Below, piece by piece: positions 61,690-64,000 of a DNA stretch of 64,000 nucleotides (the first letter of the stretch is position 1; each line of letters begins with the position of its first letter). Made by a program: the position numbers and the translations under genes. This DNA is from Frankiales bacterium (GTDB lineage Bacteria; Actinomycetota; Actinomycetes; Mycobacteriales; SCTD01): the NCBI GenBank assembly GCA_025465465.1, contig JAODND010000091.1:20850-84849 (forward strand). Reading direction: 5' to 3'. The notes beneath the pieces were generated by a model that saw only the letters and a program-made list of their open reading frames with translations, was not told the DNA's origin and ran no database searches.

Positions 61690-61730
61690 GGGCGCGAGTC
61701 TAGGAGCGGAGGTGCGGCGTCAGCGGCCGA

Positions 61731-62759
61731 TCAGCACGACGGCGGCGCGCCGTGAGCGCGCAGCGTCGCGAGCGCGTCGAGGGCCGACGTCAAGGTCGTG
61801 ACCTTGACGAGGGTGATGCCGCTCGGCTTCGTCTGCTTCGCCTCCGCGCAGTTGTCCGCGGGCGAGAGGAACACGGTGGCGCCCTGCGCCCTGGCGCCGC
61901 GCATCTTCTGGGCGATGCCACCGATCGCACCGACCTTGCCGTCAGGGGTGATCTCGCCGGTGCCCGCGATGTTGAGGCCGTTGGTGAGGTCGGTGGGACC
62001 GAGCTTGTCGACGATGCCGAGGGCAAACATCAGCCCCGCAGACGGACCCCCCACGTCGCGCAGCTTGATGTCGACCTTGACGGAGAACTCCGTGCGGATC
62101 CCCGGGGTGATGCCCACGATGGCGCGGGTCGGGTCGTCGCTCGCGGCTGTGGTCGTGATGGTCACGCTCCCCCGCTTGCCGCCTCGCAGGAAGCCGATCG
62201 CCACGGCCTCGCCGACCTTGCGATTGCTGATGAGCGCGCGGAGCTGGTCGGCGGTTGTCACCTTCGCGCCATCGACGGTCACGATCCGGTCGCCCGCCTT
62301 GAGCTTGCCGTCGGCCGGGGCACCGGCCGTCACGTCGGAGACGTACAGCGTGACGGTGCCCTTGTAGCCGAGGTAGGTCAGGGCGGCCGCGGTCGCCGCG
62401 TCCTGGGAGTCGACCATCTCCTGGGCGGTCTGCGCGTTGTTCTGCTGCTGCGTCTGGTCGGGCGAGAAGACCACCTCGCGGGGCAGCACCGCGTCGTTGG
62501 GCGACACCCAGCCGGCGAGCGCCTCGAACAGCGTGAGGTGGTCCTGCACGGAGACCGTCGTCAGCTGCAGCTTGCCCGTGCGGGCCTTGGCCACGTTGGG
62601 GCTGAACGACAGCACCTGCGTGCCGTAGCAGGTCGAGAGCGTGTCGCATGCGGGGCCGGGCTTGAGCGCGACGTACGGCACGATGGCGAACGACCCCGCC
62701 GCTGCGAGACCGAGCGCGAGGACAGTCGCGAGCAGAAGGGTCAGGCTCCGGCGCGTCAC
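61731..62759 (-). CDS. PDZ domain-containing Lon-like (YlbL/SepM-type) protease
   Basis: 342 aa with an N-terminal TM segment, a PDZ domain (GKLKAGDRIVTVDG) and a Lon-protease C-terminal-like domain (GPSAGLMFALGIVDKL, IAGTGEI). Confidence 0.85.
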   Translation of the reverse strand: MTRRSLTLLLATVLALGLAAAGSFAIVPYVALKPGPACDTLSTCYGTQVLSFSPNVAKARTGKLQLTTVSVQDHLTLFEALAGWVSPNDAVLPREVVFSPDQTQQQNNAQTAQEMVDSQDAATAAALTYLGYKGTVTLYVSDVTAGAPADGKLKAGDRIVTVDGAKVTTADQLRALISNRKVGEAVAIGFLRGGKRGSVTITTTAASDDPTRAIVGITPGIRTEFSVKVDIKLRDVGGPSAGLMFALGIVDKLGPTDLTNGLNIAGTGEITPDGKVGAIGGIAQKMRGARAQGATVFLSPADNCAEAKQTKPSGITLVKVTTLTSALDALATLRAHGAPPSC

Positions 62760-62815
62760 CGCATGAGCCTAACTGCGCCGTCCGAGACGGCGCTGAAATC
62801 GGTCAGGCGCCCGGT

Positions 62816-63214
62816 TCAGCTGGCGAAGAAGCCGAGGCTGCTGGGCGCGTCCTCGCTGTGGCCATTGCTGACCAGGTTGCTGACGAGGGCCGGGACCGGC
62901 AGGTCGACGGGCGCCTCCAGCGGGGCGTCGAACGGCGGCGCGACGACCGGGCCGTCGGCGACCGGGAGCGGCGGCGGCAGCTGCTGGCTGGGGACCTCGA
63001 GGGCCACCGGGTCGGCGACCTCGCCGGCAGGGACCTCGACGCGGTAGATGGCCTTGAAGGCCAGCGGGATCTCGGTGAGCGAGTGCACGCTCAGCTCCGT
63101 GACGCCCTCGACGTTGCGCAGGTGCTCCACCAGGCGCACGGCCTCCTCGAGGCTCGAGACGCGACGGAACGCAGGGGTCCCGTCGTGGGCGGGAAAGAAG
63201 ACGACGTGCTCCAT
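62816..63214 (-). CDS. hypothetical protein with proline-rich C-terminal half
   Basis: 132 aa, MEHVVFFPAHDGTPAFRRVSSLEEAVRLVEHLRNVEG.... The codon bias is good, but I recognised no family. Confidence 0.55.
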   Translation of the reverse strand: MEHVVFFPAHDGTPAFRRVSSLEEAVRLVEHLRNVEGVTELSVHSLTEIPLAFKAIYRVEVPAGEVADPVALEVPSQQLPPPLPVADGPVVAPPFDAPLEAPVDLPVPALVSNLVSNGHSEDAPSSLGFFAS

Positions 63215-63385
63215 CTGGGTTGCTCCTCAGCGCTCGACGGGTTTCGACGGCTTCGGACCCGTGTCCTTTAGCGCTTCGGCACGTTGACCACACTGTCTTG
63301 AGTCTGTGTTGAGCCGCCGGGCCTCCTGCTCCCGGCGCGGCAAAAGACAGCACTTGCAAGTACTTGACCGGTTCTGGCAATCTAT

Positions 63386-63409
63386 GTCCGGAAACTGATC
63401 TTTCCGGAC
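63386..63409. repeat. inverted repeat GTCCGGAAA-N6-TTTCCGGAC
   Basis: Perfect 9-bp arms, 69 nt upstream of the ECF sigma start, in a locally AT-richer gap. Confidence 0.4.
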
Positions 63410-63477
63410 GCGAGGTTCTCGGCACTTCTCCGTTGTCGAAGTGTCGGGCCCCCAGCTCCCGACGGAAGAGGACCCTC

Positions 63478-64000
63478 GTGTCGACGGCGCAAGACCTACC
63501 CGGTCTGTACGGCGAGCCCCTGGCCGCTCCTGTCGCGGCACCGCGCTCGTTGCGCCTGGTCCCTGCTGAGCCGCTCGACTTCGACGACGCGGTGCGCAGG
63601 GTGCGCCCGCGCCTCCACCGCTACGCCATCCGCCGCCTCGGCGACGTGCACGAGGCGGAGGAGCTGGTCCAGGAGGCACTGCTCCGCGCCTACACCCACC
63701 GCGACCAGCTCTCCACCGAGGAAGACCTGTCGGCGTGGTCCACCGTCGTCACCGGCCGCCTGGTCATCGACCGGCTCCGCGTGCGCGGCCGCTCCACCTC
63801 CGTCGCCGAGGTCCCTGAAGGCACCCGGGTCGGCCGCGACACTGCCGACGTCGTGGTCGCCCGCGACGAGGCCCGCACGGCGCTCGACGCGCTCGACGCG
63901 ATGCCCACCCGGCAGGCCAGCCTGCTCTGGGCTCGCGAGGTCGAGGGCAGGTCCTACGAGGAGCTGTGCGAGCGGTTCAGCATGACCGAGCCGGCCGTCC
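63478..64000 (+). CDS. ECF-type sigma-70 family sigma factor (partial, runs off window end)
   Basis: Not in the ORF track because no stop lies in the window. The GTG at 63478 is preceded by GGAAGAGGA. My translation gives ...RPRLHRYAIRRLGDVHEAEELVQEALLRAY (region 2) ...LDAMPTRQASLLWAREVEGRSYEELCERFSMTEPAV (region 4). Confidence 0.8.
   Translation, partial: MSTAQDLPGLYGEPLAAPVAAPRSLRLVPAEPLDFDDAVRRVRPRLHRYAIRRLGDVHEAEELVQEALLRAYTHRDQLSTEEDLSAWSTVVTGRLVIDRLRVRGRSTSVAEVPEGTRVGRDTADVVVARDEARTALDALDAMPTRQASLLWAREVEGRSYEELCERFSMTEPAV

Noticed and set aside
63390-63417. ECF-type promoter (GGAAAC ... GTT) upstream of the sigma-factor gene
   Set aside because: The spacing between GGAAAC and the nearest GTT is about 19-20 nt, and GGTTC-to-CGTT is about 13 nt. 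Both fall outside the usual 16-18 nt, so no promoter is called.

Overview
High-GC (about 70%) actinobacterial chromosome segment. Synteny (UPF0182, PPA1309-family protein, PDZ/Lon-like protease) suggests a Propionibacteriales/Nocardioides-like organism, but that is inference. The window is densely coding with many ATGA/GTGA/TGATG start-stop overlaps. I saw no CRISPR array, transposase, integrase or rRNA. Blocks: (1) 1-20.7 kb is a catabolic island. It holds a long, mostly translationally coupled minus-strand operon for beta-oxidation of a bulky acyl-CoA: acyl-CoA dehydrogenases (ACADs), MaoC hydratases, MFE-2-type dehydrogenase, thiolase, two degenerate thiolase-fold proteins plus DUF35, and a family III CoA-transferase. 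It also holds an acyl-CoA ligase, a TetR regulator, a P450/ferredoxin/DUF59/amidohydrolase/F420-type luciferase-like monooxygenase (LLM) operon, and a sugar-type (CUT2) ABC transporter with a mycofactocin-type short-chain dehydrogenase/reductase (SDR). A 14-bp palindrome (caACCAAnCGnTTGGTa) recurs in front of these units. (2) 20.9-25.4 kb: SPFH/Zn-ADH operon, PPOX-like protein, SDR-MarR. (3) 25.4-32.3 kb: glnA4-type gamma-glutamylation (ethanolamine/polyamine) pathway with permease and GntR regulator. (4) 32.3-40.4 kb: kdpFABC-kdpDE plus an extra micro-ORF. (5) 40.6-46.0 kb: imuA'-imuB-dnaE2 mutasome behind a perfect SOS box. (6) 46-55 kb: accessory genes, including crotonase, tautomerase, TetR, epoxide hydrolase, and a formylglycine-generating enzyme (FGE) flanked by secreted DUF1254/DUF1214-like proteins with a Tat-signal-only upstream ORF, then TetR-SDR. 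(7) 55-64 kb: initiator tRNA-Met, UPF0182, PPA1309, a 912-aa locally orphan histidine kinase, PDZ protease, and a partial ECF sigma factor. The most interesting candidates are the shared-operator regulon and its odd gene mix, the degenerate thiolase/DUF35 trio, and the FGE/DUF1214/Tat-uORF locus. All product calls come from reading the translated ORFs by eye; no database search was possible.
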